A stretch of 64,000 nucleotides of DNA from Planctomycetaceae bacterium (GTDB taxonomy: Bacteria > Planctomycetota > PLA2): positions 92,080-156,079 of the forward strand of contig JBQTIG010000011.1 in NCBI GenBank assembly GCA_052388375.1, given 5' to 3'. This document shows positions 31,651 to 41,290 of the stretch, in pieces. The notes beneath the pieces are model-generated. The model was not told where the DNA came from, did no database searches, and saw only the letters and a list, made by a program, of their open reading frames with translations. The translations under genes were made by a program, and so were the position numbers. The number at the start of each line of letters is the position of its first letter. The stretch's first letter is position 1.

Positions 31651-31976
31651 AAGTCAATCGGGAGACCCGGAATACGGACGTGCTCGTGAGCGTGCAGGGC
31701 AGCGTGGACATTTACTCCTCGCCGGAGCTGCGCGGAGAACTGAAAGTGGCCCTCGAGCAGCGCGCGCCGAGGATCGTGATCGACCTGGAGAAGGTCACGT
31801 TCGTCGACTCGTCGGGGCTCGCAACGCTCATCGAGGCGCTCCAGCGGGTGCACGAGTACCAGGGCAAGCTGGTCCTCTGCGGCCTCAAGGCCACGGTGCT
31901 CAGCGTCTTCCAGCTGACCAACCTGGACAACCTCTTCGAAATCCGCCCCAACGTGAAGGCTGCCCTGGAAGGCTGA
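31647..31976 (+). CDS. STAS-domain anti-sigma factor antagonist (RsbV/SpoIIAA-like) with phosphorylatable DSSGL motif
   Basis: 109 aa; FVDSSGLATL; ATGA overlap with kinase gene; 6 nt upstream of mlaE. Confidence 0.8.
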   Translation: MKVNRETRNTDVLVSVQGSVDIYSSPELRGELKVALEQRAPRIVIDLEKVTFVDSSGLATLIEALQRVHEYQGKLVLCGLKATVLSVFQLTNLDNLFEIRPNVKAALEG

Positions 31977-31982
31977 TCGCGC

Positions 31983-32774
31983 GTGGCCGGCGAGTCGCTC
32001 GCGACGCTGGGCAAGAAGGGCCTCGAGCTGGCGCGCTTCCTGAGCGCCTGCGGAAGGCTCCTCTGGGACTTCGGCTACTGGTTCCTGGTCGCCCCTTTCC
32101 GCGGGTTCCGGCTCCGAGGCGCGGAAACCGCCCGCCAGATGGTGCGCGTCGGCGTCCACTCCGTGCCGATCGTCTTCCTGGTCAATTTCTTCGTCGGCGT
32201 CACGCTCGCCATCACCGTCGCCGACATCCTCGACGAGTTCGGCGTGACCGAGTACACCAGCGCGGCGATGGGCGTGGGGTTCTGGCGCGAGCTGGCGCCG
32301 CTCCTCACCGGGATCATCATGGCCGGCTTCGTGGGCGCCTCCCTCGCCGCCGAGATCGGGACGATGAAGGTGGGCGAGGAGCTCATGGCGCTGGAGGGGA
32401 TGGCGCTCAACCCGGTCCGCGTGCTCGGCGTCCCGCGCCTGGTCGCGGTGCTCGTCATGGTCCCCATGGTCACGCTCCTCGGCACCCTCTTCGGCATCTA
32501 CGGCGGCTTCGTCGTCTGCACCGGCCTCCTGGATCTGACGCCGACGCTCTTCTACGACCGCATGATCGATGCGCTCACGTTCAAGGACATCTGGGTCGGA
32601 GGCTTGAAGAGCGTCCTCTTCGGCTGCATCGTGGGCCTCGTCGGGCTGGCGCAGGGGTTCCAGGTGCGCGGCGGCGCCGAGGGCGTGGGCCGCGCCACCA
32701 CGAACGCCGTGGTCTACTCCATCATTCTCATCATCCTGGGCGACTGCCTGCTCACGGTGGCGTTCTACTTCTGA
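31983..32774 (+). CDS. mlaE: MlaE-family ABC transporter permease
   Basis: 263 aa, MlaE/Ttg2B conserved TM core. Confidence 0.85.
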   Translation: MAGESLATLGKKGLELARFLSACGRLLWDFGYWFLVAPFRGFRLRGAETARQMVRVGVHSVPIVFLVNFFVGVTLAITVADILDEFGVTEYTSAAMGVGFWRELAPLLTGIIMAGFVGASLAAEIGTMKVGEELMALEGMALNPVRVLGVPRLVAVLVMVPMVTLLGTLFGIYGGFVVCTGLLDLTPTLFYDRMIDALTFKDIWVGGLKSVLFGCIVGLVGLAQGFQVRGGAEGVGRATTNAVVYSIILIILGDCLLTVAFYF

Positions 32775-32778
32775 ACCC

Positions 32779-33615
32779 ATGACCGAACCTCGCGCTTCCG
32801 AACCCTCCCCCGGCGATGAACCGCCGGTCGTCATCCGCTGCCGCGACGTGGAGAAGAGCTACGACGGACGCCCCATCCTGCAGGGGATCAACCTGGAGGT
32901 GCGCAAGGGGGAGACCCTCGTGATCATGGGGGGATCGGGCCATGGCAAGAGCACGCTCCTCCGGCTCCTCATCGCCGCGGAGCGGACGGACGGGGGACGG
33001 ATCGAGCTGTTCGGCCAGGACATCAGCAACCTGAGCGAGGAGGAGATGTACCCGCTCAAGCGCCGGTACGGGATCTTGTTCCAGTCCGGGGCGCTCTTCG
33101 GCTCCATGACGGTGGGCGAGAACATCTCCCTGCCCATCCGCGAGCACACCAAGCTCGACGAGAAGATCATCCGCATCATCGTCAAGCTGAAACTCGACAT
33201 GGTCGGCCTGCGGGACTTCGAACACCTCAACCCCTCCCAGCTCTCCGGCGGCATGCGCAAGCGCGTGGGGTTGGCGCGCGCCATCGCCCTCGATCCCGAG
33301 GTGATCTTCTACGACGAGCCCGGGGCGGGCCTCGATCCGGTCATGCTCGCGGTCATCGACGAATTGATCACGGGCCTCGGGAAGAAGCTGGGCGTCGCGT
33401 CGATCGTCGTGACGCACGAGATGAACTCCGCCTTCCGGATCGCGGACCGGATGGTGCTCCTCTACCGCGGAAAGCTGATCGCGGAGGGGACCCCGGACGA
33501 GATCCGGAATTCCCCCGATCCGATCGTGCAGCAATTCATCCAGGGCAAGGCCGAAGGGCCGATCCCCCTGCGTCTGGCGAGCCGGGATCTCGCCGAGGAT
33601 CTCTTGGGAGGCTGA
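32779..33615 (+). CDS. mlaF: MlaF-family ABC transporter ATP-binding protein
   Basis: Walker A GGSGHGKST, signature LSGGMRKR, Walker B IFYDEPGAGLD. Confidence 0.9.
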   Translation: MTEPRASEPSPGDEPPVVIRCRDVEKSYDGRPILQGINLEVRKGETLVIMGGSGHGKSTLLRLLIAAERTDGGRIELFGQDISNLSEEEMYPLKRRYGILFQSGALFGSMTVGENISLPIREHTKLDEKIIRIIVKLKLDMVGLRDFEHLNPSQLSGGMRKRVGLARAIALDPEVIFYDEPGAGLDPVMLAVIDELITGLGKKLGVASIVVTHEMNSAFRIADRMVLLYRGKLIAEGTPDEIRNSPDPIVQQFIQGKAEGPIPLRLASRDLAEDLLGG

Positions 33616-33618
33616 CCG

Positions 33619-34866
33619 ATGGCAAGCAAGGCAATGGAAGTGCGTGCGGGGATCGTGGTCCTCCTGGGCCTGGGCATCCTGGGACTCGGGCTCTTCCTCG
33701 TGAGCGGCGGCACCGACCAGCTGCGCGACAAGGGCTACTACACGATCCTCTTCGAGGACGCGGGGGGGATCGGCGGGGGGGACGCGGTCTATCTCGCGGG
33801 CCAGCGGATCGGGAGCGTCGAGCGCGTCGAGGCGCGCAAGGTGGGGGACACGAGCAAGGTGGCCGTTACGATCAAGGTCTACGCCACCGCCGAGATCCAC
33901 CAGAACGCGACGTTCCGCATCTCCCAGACCATCACCGGGATCACGACGATGCGCATTCTCTACGGCAGCGGGGCCCTGGCCGACGCGGAGACCCTGTTGT
34001 CGGGCACGAAGCTGGCCACCTTCGAGGAAGCGATCGACGGCGCGACGCTGCTGATCAACGACGCGCGGGCGATGGTGGGGGACCTCCAGCGCGCCGCCAA
34101 GGGCATCGACTCCATGGTGGCCGACCTCCAGGAGCGGAAGCTGCCCGAGAAGGTGGAGGCGATCGTCAAGGAGGTCGCGGGCGCCATCGAGGACGCTCGA
34201 CGCATCGTGCGCAACGCCGAAGCGCCCGTGGACGAGGTCCTCGCCCGGCTCCGCTCCGCGGCGCGGGCGCTCGACGAGACGATCGTGCAGATCAAGGCCG
34301 ACTACGGCGAGAAGATGGAGCCGCGCGTCACGGCCGCCCTGGAGAGCCTGCGGAAGGCGGCAGCGGACGTGGAGGGACTGCTCTCCACCAACCGGCCGCG
34401 CATCGACGCCCTGGTGCAGAACCTCAAGGACGCCAGTGAGCGCGTCTCGCCGGTGCTCCAGCGCATCGAGGGGCTGGCGCGCGGCGCGGACGAGACCGTC
34501 ATCGAGGTGCGCCCGCGGCTCGTCGCCACCCTCGAAAACGCCAAGCGGGCGATGAAGAACTTCGAAGCGGTGACCCAGGACCTCAAAACCGCGCCCTGGA
34601 AGCTCGTGAACAAGCCGACCGACGAGGAGGCGCGGGAGGTCCACCTCTACAACGCCGCGAGCCTCTATACGGCGGCGGTGGGCGACGTCGCGGCCGGTAT
34701 CGAGGAATTGGGTACGTTGAAGGACCTCGGGCTGCTCGCCTCGCCGGAGGGAGCCGCGCGCGTGGTGGAGGCGCTGGCCAGGCTCAACCGGGCGATCGAG
34801 GAGCACGATCGGCTGCAGCAAGCGCTGGTCGATCTGATCGTCGCGGGGGCGAAGGCGAAAAACTAG
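33619..34866 (+). CDS. mlaD: MlaD/MCE domain protein with long C-terminal helical extension
   Basis: N-terminal TM plus MCE domain; 415 aa. Confidence 0.8.
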   Translation: MASKAMEVRAGIVVLLGLGILGLGLFLVSGGTDQLRDKGYYTILFEDAGGIGGGDAVYLAGQRIGSVERVEARKVGDTSKVAVTIKVYATAEIHQNATFRISQTITGITTMRILYGSGALADAETLLSGTKLATFEEAIDGATLLINDARAMVGDLQRAAKGIDSMVADLQERKLPEKVEAIVKEVAGAIEDARRIVRNAEAPVDEVLARLRSAARALDETIVQIKADYGEKMEPRVTAALESLRKAAADVEGLLSTNRPRIDALVQNLKDASERVSPVLQRIEGLARGADETVIEVRPRLVATLENAKRAMKNFEAVTQDLKTAPWKLVNKPTDEEAREVHLYNAASLYTAAVGDVAAGIEELGTLKDLGLLASPEGAARVVEALARLNRAIEEHDRLQQALVDLIVAGAKAKN

Positions 34867-34888
34867 CCGCCGTGGGGAGAATGGCCGC

Positions 34889-35818
34889 ATGGCCAAAGTG
34901 AGCGTGATCGGCGCGGGGCACGTCGGCGAGTCGGTGGGATTCCAGATCGCGGAGCGCAGCCTCGCGGAAGTCGTCCTCGTGGATGTCGTGGAGGGCATGC
35001 CCCAGGGCAAGGCGCTCGACATGGCGCAGGCGGGAGCGCTCTTCGACTACGACCTGCCGCTCCAGGGGTCCAACGACTTCGCGTCGATCCGCGGCAGCGA
35101 TGTCGTCGTCGTGACCTCCGGCATCGCCCGCAAGCCCGGCATGGACCGCATGGACCTGCTCAAGACCAACGCGGGCATCGTGAAGGATGTCTCGGCGGCG
35201 ATCCGGAAGCACGCGCCCGACTCCATCGTGATCATGGTGACGAACCCCCTCGACGTGATGGCCTTCGTCGCGTTCCGCGTGACCGGCTTTCCGCGCGAGC
35301 GGGTGGTGGGCATGGCCGGCGTCCTGGACGCGGCGCGCTACCGCCGCTTCGTCGCCTGGGAACTGAAGGTCTCCGTGCGCGACGTGGCCGCCATGGTGCT
35401 GGGGGGCCACGGCGACCAGATGGTGCCCCTCCCGCGCTTCACCACGGTCAACGGCGTTCCGCTGCCGGAGCTGCTCCCGGCCGCCCGCATCGCCGCGCTC
35501 GTGGAGCGGACGCGCCACGGCGGCGCGGAGATCGTGAAGCTGCTCAAGACGGGCAGCGCCTACTACGCGCCGGCCGCCTCCTGCACCGTGATGGTCGAGG
35601 CGATCCTGCGCGACTCGAACCACCTCCTCCCGGCGGCCGCGTTCCTCGAGGGGGAGTACGGGCATCGGGGGATCCACCTCGGCGTGCCCGTGCGGATGGG
35701 TCGCCGCGGCGTGAGCCAGATCGTGGAGGTCCCGCTCGACGGGGCGGAACGAAAGGCGCTCGATGCGAGCGCCGAGGCGGTCCGCAAGGGCGTGGCCGAA
35801 GTGCAGCCCTTCCTCTAG
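34889..35818 (+). CDS. mdh: Malate dehydrogenase (LDH-like type)
   Basis: VSVIGAGHVG Rossmann, catalytic His, MVTNPLD; 309 aa. Confidence 0.9.
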   Translation: MAKVSVIGAGHVGESVGFQIAERSLAEVVLVDVVEGMPQGKALDMAQAGALFDYDLPLQGSNDFASIRGSDVVVVTSGIARKPGMDRMDLLKTNAGIVKDVSAAIRKHAPDSIVIMVTNPLDVMAFVAFRVTGFPRERVVGMAGVLDAARYRRFVAWELKVSVRDVAAMVLGGHGDQMVPLPRFTTVNGVPLPELLPAARIAALVERTRHGGAEIVKLLKTGSAYYAPAASCTVMVEAILRDSNHLLPAAAFLEGEYGHRGIHLGVPVRMGRRGVSQIVEVPLDGAERKALDASAEAVRKGVAEVQPFL

Positions 35819-35871
35819 GGCCTGTCTCACTACCCCATCCGGCTTCGCCCGGCTGCGCCGGCGGGAGGGCG

Positions 35872-37356
35872 CTACTCCTCCGGTTCGATCACGACCACCT
35901 GCCGCAAGCCGGGGAGAGCGGCGTCCGTGGGCAGCCCTCCGGTGAGCCAGATGGACCCGTCCGCGGCGGTCGTGGCCGCGTGATGGGAGGTTGGGCGCGG
36001 GAGCCGCACGCCCACCAGCGGAAACATCCTTCCGGTGCTGCCGATCGGGTGGAACACCTCGATGGAGGTGCGCAGGAGCGCGGGGGAAGACTTGAAGTCG
36101 GTGCCTCCGGTGAGGATCACCCGGCCGTCTGCGAACGCCGCGGCGGCCGCGAAGGTGCGCTCTTCCCCGACCTGATTGACGGTTCCCAGGAACCCGAAGG
36201 TCGGGTCGAAGATCGAGACGCCGAGGGTGTCGAACCCGCCCGCCACGAACGCGCGACCGTCGGGGAGCAGCGTCGCGGCGGGGAAGACATGGAAGGCGGG
36301 AGCCGAGGGGGAGGGGGTCTCGAATCGCCCCAACGCCAGCCGGTAGCGCTCTCCGGAGGTTCCGGCGGAGGTGCCGCCCACGAGGATCACGTCGCCCCCC
36401 GGAAGGAGCGCCGTGAAGTGGCCGGAGCGGGCGCTCGCCATCCGCCCCGGGGCGGGGGTCCAGCGGTCGGCGACCGGATCGTAGATTTCGGCGTCGTCCA
36501 GGAACCGGAACCCGCCCGGCCCGGTCGTCTGGCCTCCGCTGAGGAAGACCCGTCCGTCGGCGAGGAGAACCCCGTGCGCGAAGCTGCGCGGCTGACCGAG
36601 GGGCGCGGCGGGCGTGGTGGCGACGAGCGCCGGATCGTAGATCTCGCAGGAGGCAAGGGGCTGGAAGGGGTCGTCGGAGCTCTCGCCCCCGGCCAGCAGC
36701 ACCCGCCCGTCCGCCAGAAGGACCTGCACATGCGCGGCGCGAGCCTCGCGGAGGGGCGTGGGGAGGAGGAACCCCTGGCGCGTGCGCGTGCTCAGCACCT
36801 CGATCCTCCCCAGCGCGGTCCCCAGGGCCGCGTACCCGCCGGCCACGAGGATCTGCGCGTCGTTGAGCACCGTCGCGCGATGGAAGAACCGGCCGAAGGC
36901 GAGCAGGTCGCCGAGATCGACGATCTGCTGCTGCGTGAGCAGCACCGGATCCTCCTCCACCGTCTGGAATTCGAACTCGTAGGGGCCGTCGAGTGGGGCG
37001 CCGTCGCGATCGCGCACTCCCGTGGAGACGCGGATGCGGTGCACGGCGAAGGGGTAGTAAGGCTGGATCGGGGAGAACCGCACGACCCCGGGATTGAGGG
37101 GCGCCACGCTCCGGCTGCCGAAGATCCGGTCACCCGATTCGACGACGATCTGCAGCGAATCCTCGTTCAACGTGGCCGCGTCGACCGGCCTGCTGAAGAA
37201 GAGCAGGATGTCGGCGTTGCGGGGAATGTCGCTCGCTTGATCCGGAGGTGCGACCTGATCCACCCGAAACGTGACGACGAACGCGCCGCCCCCGCCGCCT
37301 CCGCCGCAGGCCGCGGTGCAGGCGAGGAGCATCCCGAGAAGAAGGCGTTCCCACAT
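35872..37356 (-). CDS. Kelch-repeat beta-propeller lipoprotein with N-terminal Ig-like domain
   Basis: 494 aa from MWERLLLGMLLACTAACGGGGGGG; repeated ADGRV..GG Kelch units; upstream ORF portion is another frame. Confidence 0.68.
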   Translation of the reverse strand: MWERLLLGMLLACTAACGGGGGGGAFVVTFRVDQVAPPDQASDIPRNADILLFFSRPVDAATLNEDSLQIVVESGDRIFGSRSVAPLNPGVVRFSPIQPYYPFAVHRIRVSTGVRDRDGAPLDGPYEFEFQTVEEDPVLLTQQQIVDLGDLLAFGRFFHRATVLNDAQILVAGGYAALGTALGRIEVLSTRTRQGFLLPTPLREARAAHVQVLLADGRVLLAGGESSDDPFQPLASCEIYDPALVATTPAAPLGQPRSFAHGVLLADGRVFLSGGQTTGPGGFRFLDDAEIYDPVADRWTPAPGRMASARSGHFTALLPGGDVILVGGTSAGTSGERYRLALGRFETPSPSAPAFHVFPAATLLPDGRAFVAGGFDTLGVSIFDPTFGFLGTVNQVGEERTFAAAAAFADGRVILTGGTDFKSSPALLRTSIEVFHPIGSTGRMFPLVGVRLPRPTSHHAATTAADGSIWLTGGLPTDAALPGLRQVVVIEPEE

Positions 37357-37584
37357 CGTTCTGCCACCCAGCGCCGACGCACGCCCTTGCTTTCCTGACA
37401 AGCCCACACGGATTGTACCCCCGGTTCCTCCCGAGGGGAGGGGGGGTCTCGCGGCGCCCCTACCCCATCCCCAGAGGCGTTTCCCCGGGCCTCCGCCCTG
37501 GGCAGAGGGCCCCCCCGGGAGTAGCATCGGGGCTGGACTCTCCCCGGGTCGCCGCGCCCGCCTGGGAGTGTACCGGAGGCGCCC

Positions 37585-38076
37585 TTGCTCGATGTCGAAC
37601 ACCTCGATCTCGTCAGCCGATGGCTCGGCGAGAAGGAGAACTACCAGTGGCTCGACTTCGGCGCGGGGCACCAGGTGATCGCGCGCACGGCGCTCGCGCT
37701 CATGCGCCAGCGCGATCACCACTGCTTCCGGTTGCAGTTCGCCGGGGAGGGGGGGCCGCCGGTCGGCCTCGTCGCGTTGAGCAACATCTCCCCCAATTTC
37801 CGCAGCGCCATGCTCTGGTACCTTCTCGGCGACAAGCGCCATGCCGGCAAAGGCATCACGCGCCGCGGGGTCGAGGAAATCCTGCGCCACGCCTTCGGCC
37901 CGCTCGGTCTCCACTCCGTGTACGCCTGGTGCGTCGTCGAAAACGCTCCTTCCCAGCGCATCCTCCAGAGGAGCGGCTTCCGGGAGATCGGGCGCCAGCG
38001 CGAGTGCCACTTCATCGACGGCCGGCCGCACGATCGGATGCTCTACGATCTCCTGGCGCGCGAGTTCACGGGCTAG
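37585..38076 (+). CDS. GNAT family N-acetyltransferase
   Basis: 163 aa; acetyl-CoA binding block RHAGKGITRRGVEEIL; TTG start. Confidence 0.55.
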   Translation: MLDVEHLDLVSRWLGEKENYQWLDFGAGHQVIARTALALMRQRDHHCFRLQFAGEGGPPVGLVALSNISPNFRSAMLWYLLGDKRHAGKGITRRGVEEILRHAFGPLGLHSVYAWCVVENAPSQRILQRSGFREIGRQRECHFIDGRPHDRMLYDLLAREFTG

Positions 38077-38839
38077 CGCGCGCGACGAACAGCATCTCCT
38101 TGGAGTCGTCGCGGAACGGGCCGCGTCCGAAGTCGCCGTAGAGGGTCTCGACTTCGAGGCCGCACCGCGCGAGGAGGTGTTCCAGCTCGAACCGGTGGTA
38201 CCAGCGCATGGCGAAGGAGATGCGCTCCTCCCGTCGGCCCCCGCCGATCTCCTCGATCTCCCAGCGAAACGTGACCTCGGTGGTCTGGGAGGCCAGGTGG
38301 GGCGTGGCGGTGGAGAAGCGCCGGATGCGCCGTGTCCCCTCCTGCCGCTCCAGGTCGAGCCGCTCCGGCCGCGGCTCCATGAGGAAGCGCGGGTCGGGAT
38401 GGAAGAAGTCGAAGACGAGGCGCCCGCCCGGGGCGAGGTGGCTGCGGGCGTTCCGGAACGCGGCGAGCTGGGACGCGGTGTCGAGGAGGTGGGCGATGGG
38501 GCGGAAGGGGATCGTGACGAGGGGGAAGGTCCGCCCTGCAACGAAGCCGCGGAGGTCCCCCTCATGGAGGGTGACGCGAGCGCGCACAGCCGCCGTCTCG
38601 CCCGCGAGGGCGGCCCGCGCCTTTTCCAGCATGCTCCCGCTGAGGTCGACCCCGACGATCTCGACGCCTGCGCGCGCGATGGGCAGCAGCACGCGGCCCG
38701 TGCCGCAGGCCAGCTCCAGCACCGGTCCGCCGCTCCTCTGCCCCTCTTCGACGTAGAACGCGACGTCCCCCGAGGGCGTGCGGAACGCGGCATAGTCGCC
38801 GTCGTAGAACTCCGCGATGAGGCCGCTCTCGTACGCCAT
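38066..38839 (-). CDS. Class I SAM-dependent methyltransferase
   Basis: 257 aa from MAYESGLIAEFYDGDY; motif I VLELACGTGRVLL; last gene of arg operon. Confidence 0.7.
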   Translation of the reverse strand: MAYESGLIAEFYDGDYAAFRTPSGDVAFYVEEGQRSGGPVLELACGTGRVLLPIARAGVEIVGVDLSGSMLEKARAALAGETAAVRARVTLHEGDLRGFVAGRTFPLVTIPFRPIAHLLDTASQLAAFRNARSHLAPGGRLVFDFFHPDPRFLMEPRPERLDLERQEGTRRIRRFSTATPHLASQTTEVTFRWEIEEIGGGRREERISFAMRWYHRFELEHLLARCGLEVETLYGDFGRGPFRDDSKEMLFVARASP

Positions 38840-38876
38840 GGGGATGCCGCGTGGAACCGCCGCGGGGGGCGGCGGT

Positions 38877-40262
38877 TCACTCGCGCGCGGCGAGGCGGCG
38901 CTTCCAAGCGGCGAGTTCGCGACGCACGAGGGCCGGGGCGGTGCCGCCCCGCGCGCGCTTCGAGCGCAGGGCGGCGGCAAGGGTGAGGTGCCGCGCGACA
39001 TCGGGGCCGAACTCCCGAGCCGCCGCGCGCAGGCGCGCCTGGGGGAGAGCGGTCACGTCGATGCCCGCCTCCTCCGCCTCCCGCACCAGTCCCCCCACCA
39101 CCGCATGGGCGCGACGAAACGGGAGCCCCTTGCGCACGAGGTAGTCGGCCAACTCCACCGCGAGCAGGTGGCCTCCCTGGAGCGCCCGCGCGCACGCCTC
39201 GGGCGCGACCCGGCAGTCCCCCAGGGTCGCCGCCAGCCCACCCGCCACCGCCTCGACGGTGTCGGCGGCGTCGAAACAGGCCTCCTTGTCCTCCTGGAGG
39301 TCCTTGTTGTAGGCCAGCGGCAGCCCCTTGAGCGTCGTGGCCAGGGCGACGAACCGGCCCAGGAGCCGCCCCGCCTTTCCGCGCGCCAGCTCCGCCGCGT
39401 CGGGATTGCGCTTTTGGGGAAGCAGACTCGAGCCGGTGGAGGCCCTGTCCCCCAGCTTCAGGAAGCCGAATTCGCTCGAGGTCCAGGCGACCAACTCGGC
39501 GCCGAGGCGCGAGAACGTGAGGCCGAGGAGGGAGGCCGCGGCGAGATACTCCAGGGCGGCATCGCGCGAGCCCACGGCGTCGAGGCTGTTGGCGGAGATC
39601 CGGCGGAAGCCGAGACTCTTCGCCAACGCCCGGCGGTCCACCGGGACGCCGCTGCCCGCCGCGGCGCCCGAACCGAGGGGAAGCAGGTCGGCCCGGGTGC
39701 GGGCGCCGAGGAGCCGCGCGCGGTCGCGCTCGAGCATCTCCGCGTAGGCGAGCAGGTGGTGGGCGAAGAGGACCGGCTGGGCGCGCTGCCCATGGGTGTA
39801 GGCGGGAATCGCCGCCGCCCCGGCCCGCTCCGCGAGTTCCACGATAGCGCGGGCCACCGCCGTCGCCGCCGCGCAAGCCGCGTCGCAGGCCTTCTTGAGC
39901 CAGAGATGCAGGTCGCAAGCGACCTGGTCGTTGCGGCTGCGCCCGGTGTGCAGCTTCCCCCCCGCGGGCCCCGCCAGCTCCAGCAGTCTCCGCTCCACCG
40001 CGGTGTGGATGTCTTCGTCGGTCTCCCGCGCCGCGAAGCGCCCCTGGGCGAACTCCCGCCGGATCCGTTCCAGCCCCGACGTGATGCGGGTGAGCTCGGC
40101 GGCGGTGAGCAGGCCGGCGCGGCGCAGCGCCCGCGCCCAGGCGACCGAGCCGTCGATCTCCTCGCCGACCAGGCGGCGGTCGAAGGCGAACGAGCGGTTG
40201 AGCCGGTCGATCCGCACGTCCAGCTTTCCCGTGAAGCGTCCGCCCCACATCCGCCCGCTCAT
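38877..40262 (-). CDS. argH: Argininosuccinate lyase
   Basis: 461 aa from MSGRMWGGRF; fumarate lyase signature GSSLLPQKRNPD. Confidence 0.9.
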   Translation of the reverse strand: MSGRMWGGRFTGKLDVRIDRLNRSFAFDRRLVGEEIDGSVAWARALRRAGLLTAAELTRITSGLERIRREFAQGRFAARETDEDIHTAVERRLLELAGPAGGKLHTGRSRNDQVACDLHLWLKKACDAACAAATAVARAIVELAERAGAAAIPAYTHGQRAQPVLFAHHLLAYAEMLERDRARLLGARTRADLLPLGSGAAAGSGVPVDRRALAKSLGFRRISANSLDAVGSRDAALEYLAAASLLGLTFSRLGAELVAWTSSEFGFLKLGDRASTGSSLLPQKRNPDAAELARGKAGRLLGRFVALATTLKGLPLAYNKDLQEDKEACFDAADTVEAVAGGLAATLGDCRVAPEACARALQGGHLLAVELADYLVRKGLPFRRAHAVVGGLVREAEEAGIDVTALPQARLRAAAREFGPDVARHLTLAAALRSKRARGGTAPALVRRELAAWKRRLAARE

Positions 40263-41290
40263 GAGAGGAACGCCTCCGCGGTGGCGCGGTAGACCTCCAC
40301 GCCGCGCTCCAGCATCGCCGTCTCGATCCACTCGTCGGCCGCGTGGCTTTGCTCGCTGCGCCCGGGCCCCAGCACGACGCCGGGGAGGTCGCGCACATGG
40401 AACAGGTCGCTCACCCCGCCGAACGCCTGGGGCGGACCCGTCCCGGCGGCGTCCAGCGCCGCGGCGACGATCGCCTCGTGCGCGGGCGTCTCCACCGGCG
40501 CCATGCGGTCGCTGATCAGCTCCGCCTCGCCGCCGAGCAGCTTCCGCAGGGCGGGAAACATCTCGCGGTGGGAGGCGCCGGGAAGGGTGCGCGCGTCCAC
40601 CTCGAAGACGCACTCCGGAGGGACGACGTTCACCTTCACCCCGCCGCGGATCACCGTGACCTGGAGCGTGGCGGGTCCGAGAAGGGGGTGGGGGGCGGGG
40701 AGGGGGAACGCCTCGAGGGCCGCGACGTCGCGGCACGCCTTGAAGAAGGCGTTCTCGCCCAGCCAGGGGCGGGCGGCGTGGGCGCGCTTCCCCTTCGCCG
40801 TGACGCGGAACCGGAGCAGGCCGCGCTGGGCGGAGCAGACCCGGAGGCCCGTCGGCTCCCCGATCACCGCCGCATGGAGCTCCGGGAGCTCGGGGCGGAG
40901 CACGCCGAGCCCCTGGCCCCCGGTCTCTTCGTCGCAGGTCGCGGCAAAGACGAGCCGCGCGCCCTTCGGCAGCCGCGCTGTCGCGAAGGCGACGGCCAAG
41001 GCGGCGAGCGGTCCCTTAGCGTCGTTGCTCCCCAGCCCGTGCACCTTCCCCTCCCGCAGCTCCGCCGCGTGGGGGTCGATGGTCCACTCCTGCGAGGCGG
41101 GCACGGTGTCGGTGTGGCTGTTGAAGAGGAGCGTGCGCGGCCCGTCGCCGCGCACGGCGTAGAGGTTGCGCCCCGAGACGCGGGGCCCGAACGCCGCCAG
41201 CTCCTCGCGCAGGAGCGCGACGCAGCCCGCCTCGCTCCCCGAGACCGAGGGGATGCGCACCAGCGCGCGGGTCAGCTCGACGACGTTCAT
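40259..41290 (-). CDS. argE: M20 family metallopeptidase, probable acetylornithine deacetylase
   Basis: 343 aa; M20 metal ligands (HTDTV, DAKG, EETGG); within arg operon; 4-nt overlaps both sides. Confidence 0.72.
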   Translation of the reverse strand: MNVVELTRALVRIPSVSGSEAGCVALLREELAAFGPRVSGRNLYAVRGDGPRTLLFNSHTDTVPASQEWTIDPHAAELREGKVHGLGSNDAKGPLAALAVAFATARLPKGARLVFAATCDEETGGQGLGVLRPELPELHAAVIGEPTGLRVCSAQRGLLRFRVTAKGKRAHAARPWLGENAFFKACRDVAALEAFPLPAPHPLLGPATLQVTVIRGGVKVNVVPPECVFEVDARTLPGASHREMFPALRKLLGGEAELISDRMAPVETPAHEAIVAAALDAAGTGPPQAFGGVSDLFHVRDLPGVVLGPGRSEQSHAADEWIETAMLERGVEVYRATAEAFLS

